A stretch of DNA of 64,000 nt, from the NCBI GenBank assembly GCA_965140415.1, contig OZ223209.1:4160001-4224000 (forward strand). Reading direction: 5' to 3'. Both the position numbers and the translations under genes were made by a program. The notes beneath the pieces were generated by a model. It ran no database searches and was not told the origin of the DNA. It saw only the letters and a list, made by a program, of their open reading frames with translations. This document shows, one piece after another, positions 29,020 through 39,292 of the stretch; within the stretch, counting starts at the first letter, position 1, and the number at the start of each line of letters is the position of its first letter. The stretch comes from Myxococcota bacterium (lineage in GTDB: Bacteria > Myxococcota_A > SURF-8).

Positions 29020-29183
29020 GAAAAAAGCCCCACGCCCCCAGTAGAACGAGTTCGGTAGAGGGCTCAAATCATTTTGTTTGTCTGTTCGAACGTTATTCGA
29101 TTCGATTGGCTACACCCGACTTCAGGCAGGTTTGCCGCACGTTTCGTTTAAGTAGCGTACCACTCGCTTCTTTTCAGTGTCAA
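29020..29183 (-). ncRNA. Candidate ~125-nt sRNA or structured leader (promoter to terminator)
   Basis: TTGACA-N18-TACGCT promoter; two predicted hairpins; ends GGGGC + T6. Confidence 0.35.
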
Positions 29184-29285
29184 GCTTTTTACCCGAGACT
29201 CAAACAGTCATTTTCGTAGAAAATCCTTGACCTTACCGCGACAGAACAGCTACCCTTCCATGGGTGACGCAAAAGGAGGAATCGG

Positions 29286-29660
29286 ATGAAACGTTTTGTA
29301 ATCAGCATGCTGGTTCTGTTTTTTTTATGCTGTGGGTTAGTCCTTCCGGCTCAAGCCAAAGTACGTGAATCTATTAGTGAAAACTATGATAACATCTGGA
29401 GTGCAGCGGTACGCTTTATCCGGGTGGATAAAGACTGGAAAATTCTGGACAAGGATAAAGATGCCGGATTTATTGTGTTTATGTATACCTCAGAGCAGGG
29501 AGAAGCCTCTCGCGCCTCCATCGAACTGATGAAAGACGCCGACAACCCAGATAAAGCCAAAGCCGCTTTCGTAATTCAGGTTTCCATTCCCAAATCCAGC
29601 AGTATCCAGGAACGGATGCTCATCACCGATTTGCGTGCAAAGATACGCGAAGAATTTTAA
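29286..29660 (+). CDS. Secreted hypothetical protein
   Basis: AGGAGG RBS; AQA cleavage motif; WSAAVRFIRVD...ILDKDKDAGFIVF. Confidence 0.8.
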   Translation: MKRFVISMLVLFFLCCGLVLPAQAKVRESISENYDNIWSAAVRFIRVDKDWKILDKDKDAGFIVFMYTSEQGEASRASIELMKDADNPDKAKAAFVIQVSIPKSSSIQERMLITDLRAKIREEF

Positions 29661-29669
29661 ACTCTCCGG

Positions 29670-30242
29670 TTATTCCTCAAATTCAGGGATGGGATGATCG
29701 CTCTTCCAGGAAACATCTTTTCGATTTTCCACCGCATTGGCATATCGGGCTGCGGCAAAGAGGAAATCGCTGCCCCGGTTGATGAACGCGCGCACATTCG
29801 TGTCGATTGTCTCTATACGCCCTAAAGCGATTATACGCCGCTCGGCTCGGCGGCAGACCGTGCGAGCGATGTGCAACGCCCCCGCCGCCTGGCATCCTCC
29901 CGGTAGAATGAACTGAGACAGAGGTCCGGTGCGCTGCTCGAAAACGTCGACAGCTCGCTCCAACGCCTGAATATCAGCTTCACTCACACTCATAGGTGCA
30001 AAGTCGCCATCCGGTGGCGTAGCAAGATTGCTTGAACAGTTGAACAAGCGATGCTGGAAGAAATCCAGTGAGCGGTCCAGTAGTGCATCTGAAACCAGCG
30101 AACGAGCCCAGCCAATCGTCGAATTGGTCTCATCCACCGCACCATACGCTTCAACGCGAATAGCATCTTTCGGCACCCGGCGACCGTCTACCAACGATGT
30201 TTCGCCCTTATCCCCTTTGCGCGTGTAGATATTGGACCCCAT
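29670..30242 (-). CDS. ATP:cob(I)alamin adenosyltransferase, PduO type
   Basis: IYTRKGDKGETSL, EAYGAVDETNS, FILPGG, ARTVCRRAER, NRGSDFLF. Confidence 0.95.
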   Translation of the reverse strand: MGSNIYTRKGDKGETSLVDGRRVPKDAIRVEAYGAVDETNSTIGWARSLVSDALLDRSLDFFQHRLFNCSSNLATPPDGDFAPMSVSEADIQALERAVDVFEQRTGPLSQFILPGGCQAAGALHIARTVCRRAERRIIALGRIETIDTNVRAFINRGSDFLFAAARYANAVENRKDVSWKSDHPIPEFEE

Positions 30243-30529
30243 TATCACCTCTCTTCGTTCGACTGAAAGTGTATCGCTTGTGCTAACTTCACCATAGCGC
30301 CGCCAACAAATGGCTGTCAAGCAGTGCATTCCTGCAAAACTGCGGTCACAATCCAACGACAACCTGCAAGAAATTCATAAAAAGCTTAAATCCCTAATCG
30401 AATTGGAGTAGAATACTCAAAGCCATTCAGGCTGATATCCAATTTGTTCGCAGTATATTTTTTAGCGGTGCAAACCGAATTCGCTCCGCAATCGAAATAA
30501 AGCAATAACGAATCGTGTACTTATAACCC

Positions 30530-32371
30530 ATGCGTAAAGGAAAAACCATGTTTAGAGTCATGCCAAGCGTAGCGGCCCTGCTGCTGATCGCTGTCATGGG
30601 CCTGTGTATGCAGTGCGCAGACGTCGATCTGGAGGAAAAAGCCTCCTACAATTATTTCTCTGAATTGATTGCGGTAAACAATGCCGATTGGAACGTCATC
30701 CCCTTACCGAATAATCTGCTGAATCCGGCTTTACAGGCTCAAATCGGGATTTCAATCCCCGGTGTCCCCGAAGCAGAGGAAACTCCGAGCACGATTTCGC
30801 TGCCGACACTCTCTCAGCAAGCTGCCGATTATATTGGTTGCTTGGGATTTAACAGCAACTTCGGTTTCGACGATCCCGTCGCCGATACCTCGTTGACTGG
30901 CGACCTGCTGGCCGGACAGAACCGACTGAGCGGATTCATTCAGGGCTTCATTCCGAAGATCCCGGTCAGTATGCCCCTGGATATGACCAGCATCAAGCGC
31001 TACACCGGCGCGGAAAGCGGACCGGGTAGCGCTGCGGAAGCCAACCTCTTTTTCCTGGACGTAACCGACTGTGTGGGCGATTTGGAAAGCTGCATGGATA
31101 TCTCCAAAGCAGTCCCCTTCCCAACCGAAGATTACAGCGGCGACTACATGGCCTTCAATATCGAAGGGCGCGACAAACCGCCTTATTTTCTGACCCTTCG
31201 CAACCAGCCGCCAGCAGGAGTCATCGGGGGCACGCCACAGGATTTCGAAGATGGCCACACTTACCTGCTGGTATTGACCGGCTACGATGAAAAGGGCATC
31301 AAGAGCCTGCCAGACGAAAATGCGGGCGATGTCGTACATTCACTAAAGCCCGATCCCTATTTCACTCTTATGGCAACCGACCAGCCCTTCCTCATCAACA
31401 CCAGTGCCGAGGGAGAAGAAGAAAACATTGCCATCCTGAACAATCTTATCACCGATCTGACCGATTCCTACGTCAACGATGACGGTGAGACGGTGTATTA
31501 CGTTGAAAACGAAGACGGCGAACGTTGCGTGCCGACTCCGCAGAAAACACGCATGGAACGCGTAATCGAGTTGGAAGGCGCACGACAGATCATCAACTGG
31601 GGTCTGCAAGTCTGGGAAGGTTTGGTTGGCGAGTCACGCAACCGCAACGAAGTGGCAATTGCCTATCACTTCACTATTGCCCAAAATCCGATGGTTCCCT
31701 TGCTGGATGCCGTCGGTATGCTCTACGGCAATAACCCGATGCTGGTCAGTCCAGCCGATTATTTCACTAAAAACAGCTCGGATATCACCAAGGCGGACAC
31801 CGCCACCGATGCCGTCGCCAGTTTCACCATCTCCGATGACGTCGATCTGGACAGCATCAATGGCGACACCGTACAGTTGTTCACGCTTGATAATGGCAGC
31901 GTAAAAACAGTGGCGGCTACCGTTGGCACAAACGTTGCTGATGATGGCACGGTCACGGTTACGGTTACACCGACTTCGGCGCTTTCCAATAACACAACCT
32001 ACTGGGTTGCCGCCAATAGCGGCATTGTGGATGAAGACGGCTTCCCGGCGGTGGACTCGGTGTACTTCGGTCTGACCCGCGTTGTCAATCCGCTGGTTGA
32101 TGACAACAGTTGGTTGTCCCCTTATCTAGACAGCCGCCTGGATACCGTGCTGGCCGATCCCTCGATTCGACCGACAGAAGATCCGGAAGGAGTGTTGAAC
32201 ATTACGCAAGATCACATGGATAAAGCAGGCAAATCGCTTTACACGATTCTATCCGTAGCGGAACTGTTCAGACAGGCCAATCAGGATACGATCGACGCCT
32301 TATTGGAAACGGATTTCATTTCCGAGCGCGAAGACCTGGTTCTTCTCTGGCGCTTCACTACCGGACAATAG
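30530..32371 (+). CDS. Lipoprotein with lipase-N-terminal-like and Ig-like (Big_5) regions
   Basis: Lipobox-like LCMQC; IPLPNNLL, LSGF; VTVTPTSALSNNTTYWV; ends LWRFTTGQ. Confidence 0.6.
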   Translation: MRKGKTMFRVMPSVAALLLIAVMGLCMQCADVDLEEKASYNYFSELIAVNNADWNVIPLPNNLLNPALQAQIGISIPGVPEAEETPSTISLPTLSQQAADYIGCLGFNSNFGFDDPVADTSLTGDLLAGQNRLSGFIQGFIPKIPVSMPLDMTSIKRYTGAESGPGSAAEANLFFLDVTDCVGDLESCMDISKAVPFPTEDYSGDYMAFNIEGRDKPPYFLTLRNQPPAGVIGGTPQDFEDGHTYLLVLTGYDEKGIKSLPDENAGDVVHSLKPDPYFTLMATDQPFLINTSAEGEEENIAILNNLITDLTDSYVNDDGETVYYVENEDGERCVPTPQKTRMERVIELEGARQIINWGLQVWEGLVGESRNRNEVAIAYHFTIAQNPMVPLLDAVGMLYGNNPMLVSPADYFTKNSSDITKADTATDAVASFTISDDVDLDSINGDTVQLFTLDNGSVKTVAATVGTNVADDGTVTVTVTPTSALSNNTTYWVAANSGIVDEDGFPAVDSVYFGLTRVVNPLVDDNSWLSPYLDSRLDTVLADPSIRPTEDPEGVLNITQDHMDKAGKSLYTILSVAELFRQANQDTIDALLETDFISEREDLVLLWRFTTGQ

Positions 32372-32380
32372 GAGGGCGTC

Positions 32381-33889
32381 ATGGAAAAATATTTTAGGAC
32401 AAGCAAGCAGATTGGAAATCCTGTCATGAAATCCACTTTTTCGCTGCGAATTGCGATTCTAGGACTGTTAGCCCTTTCCGCACTGGCTCTCTGGATGCCG
32501 AGCACGGCGCACGCCAATGCCTTTTTCATTCAGGAAATGAGCGGTGATGGCATGGCGCAAGGTAGTGCGGTCGTGGCAGCCGGAAGCAAACCGAGCAACA
32601 TGTTCCAGAACGCCGCAAACATTTCTTTTCTGGAAGGCCTGGATCTGGAATTCGCCTCTACGCTGTATATCGGCAAAGGTTACTTCGAAACAGCAGCAGG
32701 TGATCGCACCTACTTGGACAATCCCGTGCTCTACGTTCCGCACATTTTCGCTTCATACAAAGTGAACGATTGGCTGGCAATCGGTCTGGGTGGTTTCATC
32801 GATTTCGGTCTTTCGGTCAAATGGCCCGATGAATGGGTCGGCAGCCACCTGGTGCAGTTCGCCGGAATGCAAAGCTTCACCATCAATCCCAACATCTCTT
32901 TCGGCCCCTTTAAAGGTTTTGCCTTTGCAATCGGTTTCGACGCCAAGTACGGATCGGTCGAAATCAAGCGCCGCCTGACTACCGGGCTGCCTTCACCTAT
33001 CGATGACAGTAAAAGCCAGATTCACCTGGCGGGCGACACCTGGGGATATGGCGCCAATATCGGCGTGATGTACCAACCTGCCGACTGGGTACGGCTGGGC
33101 TTGGGATATCGCAGCATGCTTAAAATGGCGATGAAGGGCGGCAAGGCTCATTTCGATGTTCCCGTGGCCTTTGCAGACAACTTCCCGGATCAGAAATTCG
33201 ACGCCACCATCAACCTGCCCCACCTTCTTTCCGGTGGCATCCGTTTCTGGCCGGTGGAAAACGCTTCGATTGAATTAGACGTATGGGGGACCTTCTGGTC
33301 TTCCTACGATGACCTGAAATTCACCTTCGATCAGGGTCTGGGACTGGGACCGAACGCCCGGGCGAAAACCCAGATCGAAAAGCAGAATTTCCGGGATTAC
33401 ATTCAGGTACGGCTGGGTTCGGAATGGTGGGCGCACGAATACTTCGCACTGCGACTGGGCATCATGCTAGACGGTGGTGTGGTACCGGACGAAACCGTCA
33501 ACCCCATGCTGCCTGACAATCATCGTATCAATGGTTGTATCGGAATCGGCACCAAGTACAAGGGCTTCTATCTTGACGTTGCCTACATGCTGGTCTGGAT
33601 GCTGGAACGCGACGTTTCCGACGTAAAGGAAAACCCGCTACCAGGAAAATACCACTGGATCGTGCATGACGTCTCCTTCTCTATCGGATATCATCATGAT
33701 TTCCTGGCGGCGAAAGAACCGGACCCGAACACTCCGGATGCATCTGATCTGGAAGACTGGGTGGAACCGGAAGAAGAAGTTCAGCAACAACCTCAAACAG
33801 AACCGGAACAAGAAGCTCAGCAGCAGCCTCAAACAGAACAGGAAACAACTCCTGAAACCGAATCAACCAGCGACGCTTCTCAACGATAA
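32381..33889 (+). CDS. OmpP1/FadL family outer-membrane transporter with an acidic C-terminal tail
   Basis: AHANAFFIQEMS plug start; DFGLSVKWP, TINPNISF, GYGANIGVMYQP, LPDNHR. Confidence 0.88.
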   Translation: MEKYFRTSKQIGNPVMKSTFSLRIAILGLLALSALALWMPSTAHANAFFIQEMSGDGMAQGSAVVAAGSKPSNMFQNAANISFLEGLDLEFASTLYIGKGYFETAAGDRTYLDNPVLYVPHIFASYKVNDWLAIGLGGFIDFGLSVKWPDEWVGSHLVQFAGMQSFTINPNISFGPFKGFAFAIGFDAKYGSVEIKRRLTTGLPSPIDDSKSQIHLAGDTWGYGANIGVMYQPADWVRLGLGYRSMLKMAMKGGKAHFDVPVAFADNFPDQKFDATINLPHLLSGGIRFWPVENASIELDVWGTFWSSYDDLKFTFDQGLGLGPNARAKTQIEKQNFRDYIQVRLGSEWWAHEYFALRLGIMLDGGVVPDETVNPMLPDNHRINGCIGIGTKYKGFYLDVAYMLVWMLERDVSDVKENPLPGKYHWIVHDVSFSIGYHHDFLAAKEPDPNTPDASDLEDWVEPEEEVQQQPQTEPEQEAQQQPQTEQETTPETESTSDASQR

Positions 33890-33922
33890 CAACCAGCAGT
33901 ACAGCAGAGAAAAGAGAAAAAC

Positions 33923-34576
33923 ATGAAACGCACACTAATCATCATCACACTTTTACTATTTGCCATCACTTTACCAATTGCATGTGATGAAGACAGCAAC
34001 ACCACCAAATTGGATATCTGTCGCGATCTGGTGGAAGGCTTCTGCAACAAATCGGATTCTCTGGATTGCGATGTCAGTGAATGTCGTAGCGAGGGCAATG
34101 CCGACTGCGAACAGTTGTTCGACGGCACCTGCATCGCCACAGATGGTCAGATCTGGATGGTACGCGAGGAAATGATCCCTGGTTGGATCGACAGCAAGGA
34201 AAGTTGTAACGGGCTGTATAGTATTGAAGATGATTTGCAACGTGAAATGGCTGGAATTAAAACAGCTGCCTGCGCCAATGACAGCAGCAGCACAGATGGT
34301 GATGACGCAGTAGACGGCGACAGCACTGTGGATGGTGACACCACGGCTGATGGAGATGACGGTGTGGATCCGGGCTTGGCGGCTTGTGCAGAGCAGTATT
34401 GCCCTAGTGAGACAGAAGCCTGCACCGATCCTTGCCAGAATATGTTGGATTGCTTGAATGCGTGCGGTGACGAAACCTGCGAATCCAATTGCGCCGTAAC
34501 GTATCCCGATGGCGTACAACCCTTGACGCTGCTTCTCTCCTGCATGGGTACAAACTGCGCGGAATACCTCTACTAG
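33923..34576 (+). CDS. Cys-rich lipoprotein with DGD linker
   Basis: Lipobox LPIAC; repeated DGD; C..C...C....C helical module. Confidence 0.85.
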   Translation: MKRTLIIITLLLFAITLPIACDEDSNTTKLDICRDLVEGFCNKSDSLDCDVSECRSEGNADCEQLFDGTCIATDGQIWMVREEMIPGWIDSKESCNGLYSIEDDLQREMAGIKTAACANDSSSTDGDDAVDGDSTVDGDTTADGDDGVDPGLAACAEQYCPSETEACTDPCQNMLDCLNACGDETCESNCAVTYPDGVQPLTLLLSCMGTNCAEYLY

Positions 34577-34602
34577 TAACGATCGAACAATCGTGAATCA
34601 CG

Positions 34603-34649
34603 AAACCGGGTAGCCAACGACAAACAGGTCGCTACCCGGTTTTTATTTT
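34603..34649 (+). terminator. Intrinsic terminator (possibly bidirectional)
   Basis: AAACCGGGTAGC...GCTACCCGGTTT followed by a T-rich tract. Confidence 0.8.
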
Positions 34650-34737
34650 CCATTCTTTCTTCTGAAACAAGCAAGGGCGTGTAGATCACTACACGCCCTT
34701 GATACGTTCAATATGTCTCACCGAATTCGAATATCGA

Positions 34738-35031
34738 CTACAGATTATCGATGCACTCCGCCAAAGGAACACAGTTTCCTTTGAATTCCAAGGCACAGTC
34801 ACGCACATCCTGGGTGTACTCATTGTAATCCCAGTAGTTGGAAGCGAGTGTGCAGGCGGCATCGCAGGCAGATTCGGTATCCGGAATGTAATCGCTGTAA
34901 TCAGCCACGATATCCAAATACTCGCATTCATCCAATGCGCTGCACACATCTTTGCATTCGCTGGAATCCCCACACGCGCTAACCGCGAACACCATGACCA
35001 AAAGCGTTAACCCTATAATAACTTTCTTCAT
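34738..35031 (-). CDS. Small Cys-rich lipoprotein
   Basis: AGGAG RBS; VSAC lipobox; CxxxCxxxxxC module also seen twice in the 41929 protein. Confidence 0.8.
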   Translation of the reverse strand: MKKVIIGLTLLVMVFAVSACGDSSECKDVCSALDECEYLDIVADYSDYIPDTESACDAACTLASNYWDYNEYTQDVRDCALEFKGNCVPLAECIDNL

Positions 35032-35411
35032 TTTCCCTCTCCTTTAAAAAATGGTGCGGACAAATATTTCCTGCAACCCAATGACAAGTAAAGCTCTTCC
35101 CCAAACCCTTTTCCTACTGCACAAGCAGGAGTTAATTTATATCATTCCAAGATGAAAATCGTCAAGATCCATGCGGCTAATCAATACGTTTTCCTTAGAA
35201 TCGAAGCAGAGACTATTTAAATTTGGATTCAATTTATTTCGAGTCTTAACCAATTATTCATATTAGAATTGCGCCCTTGTAACAGGTTGTCTATAATGCG
35301 CGCGGAATTTCAGAGAAGGGACTTCGTCTGTATTCGTTCAATTTCTACAGGCGAAGGTTATCTTGGTATCTTTTAAGTAGGGGTCGTTGTCACCCAAAGG
35401 AGCAGGTTATC

Positions 35412-37055
35412 ATGAAACGGAATCGTTTACTTATTATGTTATTGGCGTTTGGAGTTGCTCTAGGAATATCTGCCTGCGATTCAGACAGCGACCCGGTCGT
35501 CGATGGCGACACGGATACAACGATCGATGGCGACCAGGATGCCGATCTGGACACCGAACTTTCGGAATTGGAAGGCGAAATAGAAGCGGAAAGCGAACAA
35601 GGAATCCCGGAAGCACTGCCTTTTACTCTGACGCGGGAGGATGTCGGCGAAGCGCTGACCGAGGCGGAAATCACCGCTTTCACGAAGAAAATCACCGGCT
35701 TTATGAAAAACGTCGACTACTTCGGCTGGATTCTGTGGACCAGCCATGGCATGGATAAATCCTACGATGAAAACATGCCGGACTATAAACTCTACTGGCA
35801 GGATACCCGCGCTACCAAAGCCGGTGACACTGTCACCTTTTCCCATACCGGTGGCGCAGACAACCTGATGATCCGTACCTCCAAGATTCTGAACCAGGCG
35901 ATTGCCGGTTATTTCATGAGTGGCGACGAGCGTTTCGCACGCATCATCGAACAATATAGTAAAGGCATGGTAGCGCTGTTCCAGGGCATGATGTTCGGCG
36001 GCGATGACAACGTCACCAGTGTAATGGCGCGTGCCATTTTCACGCTCAATCACTCCTATGAAGAAGAAGGCCGCAAGGTCGTCGTGGATTACGATCCGGT
36101 CAAGCAGGAAGAAAAATACGACTGGAATGCCCACACCATTCCCAATGTCAATAATCCATACTGGGGTGAGATCTGGGTGCGCAACATGCGCTCGAAAGAT
36201 GATGTGCCGCACATGTTCCGCACGATGCCATTATTGAAACGAGTTGCAGCATATGCTAAAGATGACTACGTTAGGGAAGCGGCGCAAAACGCCTACGACC
36301 ACATGGTGGCTTTCGCAAAAGATATCGTGGATACCGGGTATTATATCCGCACCAAGGAAAAAGACGGTGTGGCTTACATTCCGCACGAAGAGGATATGCC
36401 CGGCGTTGTTAAGGATCTGGCCAGTTTCGTGAATTTCGAAGAATTCATTCCCAATGCGGAATGCAATTCCAAACTCAATGCGGCTCTATTGGCATACGGC
36501 GAGCCACTGGAAAACGACTGCGAGCAGGGGTTCGGCGGCAACTACGAAGGCATCGCCACGGCGGGTCATTATTTCAATTTTGCCATTATCCGCTATTTCC
36601 ATCTGGCGGCGATCACCAATTCATTGATGGCGCACGAAAACGCCATGGCGCAGAAATTGCTGGAAGGCTTGGTCGTCCGCGCGGATGAAATGGTTCACGA
36701 CGATTACCGACGTGGCGAAATCAAGGAATGGGACGCCGACGGCGCACCGTGGCTATTGGCTGCCGCCGCAAGTGGCCTTCCACTGACTAGTGAAGAAGCA
36801 CGCCTGATCATCCAACAGTATTCCGACTCCGTTGATTTCTTCGAAGCCTGGCCGAACTGGGACTTGTGGGACGAATCGGTTCCGGATGGTGTGGTAGACT
36901 ATGCCCCAAGTCGCAGCACCGCCGAGCGTGACTACATCCGCCCGGAGGAAATGGCTTACATCATGGAATACTGTTTCTCCCCCTTCCGCAATCCTGCCGG
37001 TGTAAAGCTGGTCGACTGCGATATCGTGGGCGACAGTTCCCGCTGGGGTGAGTAA
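35412..37055 (+). CDS. Lipoprotein of unknown function
   Basis: ISAC lipobox; DGD linker; ~490-aa globular region with consistent codon bias. Confidence 0.85.
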   Translation: MKRNRLLIMLLAFGVALGISACDSDSDPVVDGDTDTTIDGDQDADLDTELSELEGEIEAESEQGIPEALPFTLTREDVGEALTEAEITAFTKKITGFMKNVDYFGWILWTSHGMDKSYDENMPDYKLYWQDTRATKAGDTVTFSHTGGADNLMIRTSKILNQAIAGYFMSGDERFARIIEQYSKGMVALFQGMMFGGDDNVTSVMARAIFTLNHSYEEEGRKVVVDYDPVKQEEKYDWNAHTIPNVNNPYWGEIWVRNMRSKDDVPHMFRTMPLLKRVAAYAKDDYVREAAQNAYDHMVAFAKDIVDTGYYIRTKEKDGVAYIPHEEDMPGVVKDLASFVNFEEFIPNAECNSKLNAALLAYGEPLENDCEQGFGGNYEGIATAGHYFNFAIIRYFHLAAITNSLMAHENAMAQKLLEGLVVRADEMVHDDYRRGEIKEWDADGAPWLLAAAASGLPLTSEEARLIIQQYSDSVDFFEAWPNWDLWDESVPDGVVDYAPSRSTAERDYIRPEEMAYIMEYCFSPFRNPAGVKLVDCDIVGDSSRWGE

Positions 37056-37089
37056 AAACCTCCTAACGAATTGAATCTTTCTTACATTG

Positions 37090-37123
37090 GGCCGCCTTTC
37101 CAACAGGATTGGCGGCCTTTTTT
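37090..37123 (+). terminator. Intrinsic terminator
   Basis: GGCCGCC/GGCGGCC stem followed by T6. Confidence 0.75.
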
Positions 37124-37206
37124 ATTGTGTCGACGTTTGAGGCAGGCTACACTTCCTCATGGTATAGTAGTATATGCAGTGAATTTTCTGCACAAAGGAA
37201 GCCGTA

Positions 37207-37956
37207 ATGCCCAGTAAATTGCGAAACGATCCGGAACAACCGTTGCGCGTGTTTGTGGCGGGAGCCACCGGGTATACCGGTCAGGCTGTCGTAACCGAAT
37301 CCTTGCAACGCGGGCTACAGGTATACGCCCACATTCGCCCGGACTCAGCGCGTGTGGACCGTCATCGCAGCCGCTTTGCCGAGCAAGGTGCGACGGTAGA
37401 GGTTTGCAGTTGGGATCTGGACACACTTACTGCGGCGCTACGTAAAATTCAACCAGATGTGCTGTTCTGTCTGATCGGTACAACACGTTCACGCATGCTA
37501 CAAATCAAGAAAGGCGGCGGCGACCCGCAAGAGGGCTCTTATCAGGCAATCGATTTCGGTCTGACGAAACGGCTGGTGGATGCTGCAAAACTGGCTGGCA
37601 TTCATCCGCGTTTCGTGTATTTGTCCTCACTGGGTGTCGGTCCCAAAGCAAAAGGAGCCTATTTACGAGCGCGAACGCAGGCGGAACAGGCCGTGCAACA
37701 TAGTGGACTACCTTACGTCATCGTGCGTCCGTCCTTCATCTCCGGTCCTGACCGGGAGGAAGCGCGCCCGTTGGAGCGCATCGGTGCAAATCTGGCCGAC
37801 AGCCTGCTCGGAGTGGCACAGGCCATGGGCATGAAAAGCCTTTCGAGTCGCTATCGCTCCATCGACGCCTACAAACTGGCCGCCGCACTTGTGGACTATG
37901 CACAAGACCCACAAAATGAAAATCGAATTATCCTTTCCGATCAACTCGCACGCTAA
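37207..37956 (+). CDS. NAD(P)H-binding (TIP30/YraR-like) protein
   Basis: VFVAGATGYTG; FCLIGTT; IVRPSFISG.DR.E.RPLE. Confidence 0.85.
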   Translation: MPSKLRNDPEQPLRVFVAGATGYTGQAVVTESLQRGLQVYAHIRPDSARVDRHRSRFAEQGATVEVCSWDLDTLTAALRKIQPDVLFCLIGTTRSRMLQIKKGGGDPQEGSYQAIDFGLTKRLVDAAKLAGIHPRFVYLSSLGVGPKAKGAYLRARTQAEQAVQHSGLPYVIVRPSFISGPDREEARPLERIGANLADSLLGVAQAMGMKSLSSRYRSIDAYKLAAALVDYAQDPQNENRIILSDQLAR

Positions 37957-37967
37957 GGGAGAAACGG

Positions 37968-39269
37968 ATGTCTCATCAAATCGACTCGCAGAATACGACT
38001 AAAACCTGGATGGAATTGATGAATAAGGGTGTAACCAGCGCCCATGCGGCGGCTCGAATCGCCGCCCATCTGGAAGCCAGCGGTTTCACCGAATTGAAAG
38101 AAGCAGATGACTGGAAGCTGAAACCGGGCCAGTGCGCTTTCATACGCCGGGGAGACTCTTCGATCATCGCGTTTCGCGTAGGCGAGCAAGCACCCGAGCA
38201 GAGCGGCTTTCGCATCATCGGTGCTCATACCGACGTTCCCGGCCTGCGCCTGAAGCCCAATGGGGCCTATACCCAGGCTGGTTATCGCATGCTGGGCGTG
38301 GAAGTCTACGGCGGTCCGATTCTGGCGAGTTGGACGGATCGCGATCTGACCTTAGCCGGGCGCGTCTACCTGCGACCCTCGAAGCAGAACGAAGCGCCCA
38401 AAGTCAAACTCGTTCAGATGCAACGTCCGCTCTGCCGCATTCCACAGGTGGCCATCCATTTGAATCGCACCGTCAATGACGAGGGACTGAAACTGAACAA
38501 ACAGACACAGTTGCCACCACTGATCGGCTTGGATCAAGGCGAACCCTTCGATATGGCGACGATTAAAAGCTTATTGGCAGACGAACTGGGTGTGAACCAG
38601 GATGCTATTCTGGAAACCATCCTGGAAGTGGTGGACACGCAACCGGCGACCTTGTACGGGCTGAAACAGGAACTCGTCGCCTCTGGCCGTATCGACAATC
38701 TGGCGGGTTGCCATGCCTGCCTGATGGCTTTACAGAAAGTTGAAGCGGGTAAGGCAACCCAGGTAGCGGCTTTCTTCGACAGCGAAGAGATCGGCAGTGC
38801 AACCTACAATGGAGCCGGCTCGAATCTGCTGGACGTCGTACTGGAGCGCATCAGCGGCAATCGCCCGGCTTTGTTGCGCGCACTGGCAAATACGATCATG
38901 ATCAGTAACGACGGCGCTCACGCAGTGCATCCCAATTATGCGGACCTGCACGAGCCGCGCCACAAACCGGTGCTGAACAAGGGACCGGTACTGAAAATCA
39001 ACGCCAACGAACGCTACGTCACCCATGGCGTGGGACGCGCACATTTCGCATTGCTATGCGAAGAAGCGCAGGTGACTTATCAGAAAATCGTCGTGCGCAC
39101 CGACATGCCCTGCGGTTCGACCATCGGTCCGGCGCTGGCGACACGCCTGGGCATTGTAGGCTTGGATGTCGGTATTCCGATGCTTTCGATGCACTCCATC
39201 CGCGAAACGGCGGGAACGAGCGATCAGACGGATATGATTCACGTTCTGGCTCACCACCTGCAAGGCTGA
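37968..39269 (+). CDS. M18 family (aspartyl) aminopeptidase
   Basis: GAHTD, VEVYGGP...W.DRDL, RIDNL, DSEEIGS, AHAVHPNY, CGSTIGP, LSMHSIRE. Confidence 0.95.
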   Translation: MSHQIDSQNTTKTWMELMNKGVTSAHAAARIAAHLEASGFTELKEADDWKLKPGQCAFIRRGDSSIIAFRVGEQAPEQSGFRIIGAHTDVPGLRLKPNGAYTQAGYRMLGVEVYGGPILASWTDRDLTLAGRVYLRPSKQNEAPKVKLVQMQRPLCRIPQVAIHLNRTVNDEGLKLNKQTQLPPLIGLDQGEPFDMATIKSLLADELGVNQDAILETILEVVDTQPATLYGLKQELVASGRIDNLAGCHACLMALQKVEAGKATQVAAFFDSEEIGSATYNGAGSNLLDVVLERISGNRPALLRALANTIMISNDGAHAVHPNYADLHEPRHKPVLNKGPVLKINANERYVTHGVGRAHFALLCEEAQVTYQKIVVRTDMPCGSTIGPALATRLGIVGLDVGIPMLSMHSIRETAGTSDQTDMIHVLAHHLQG

Positions 39270-39292
39270 ACGCCTGCGGACAACAACACGGA

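Noticed and set aside
29020-29150. 6S RNA or canonical c-di-GMP-I riboswitch
   Set aside because: Too short for the 6S rod and lacks the conserved GACGCAAA/P3 elements; kept only as an unassigned candidate.
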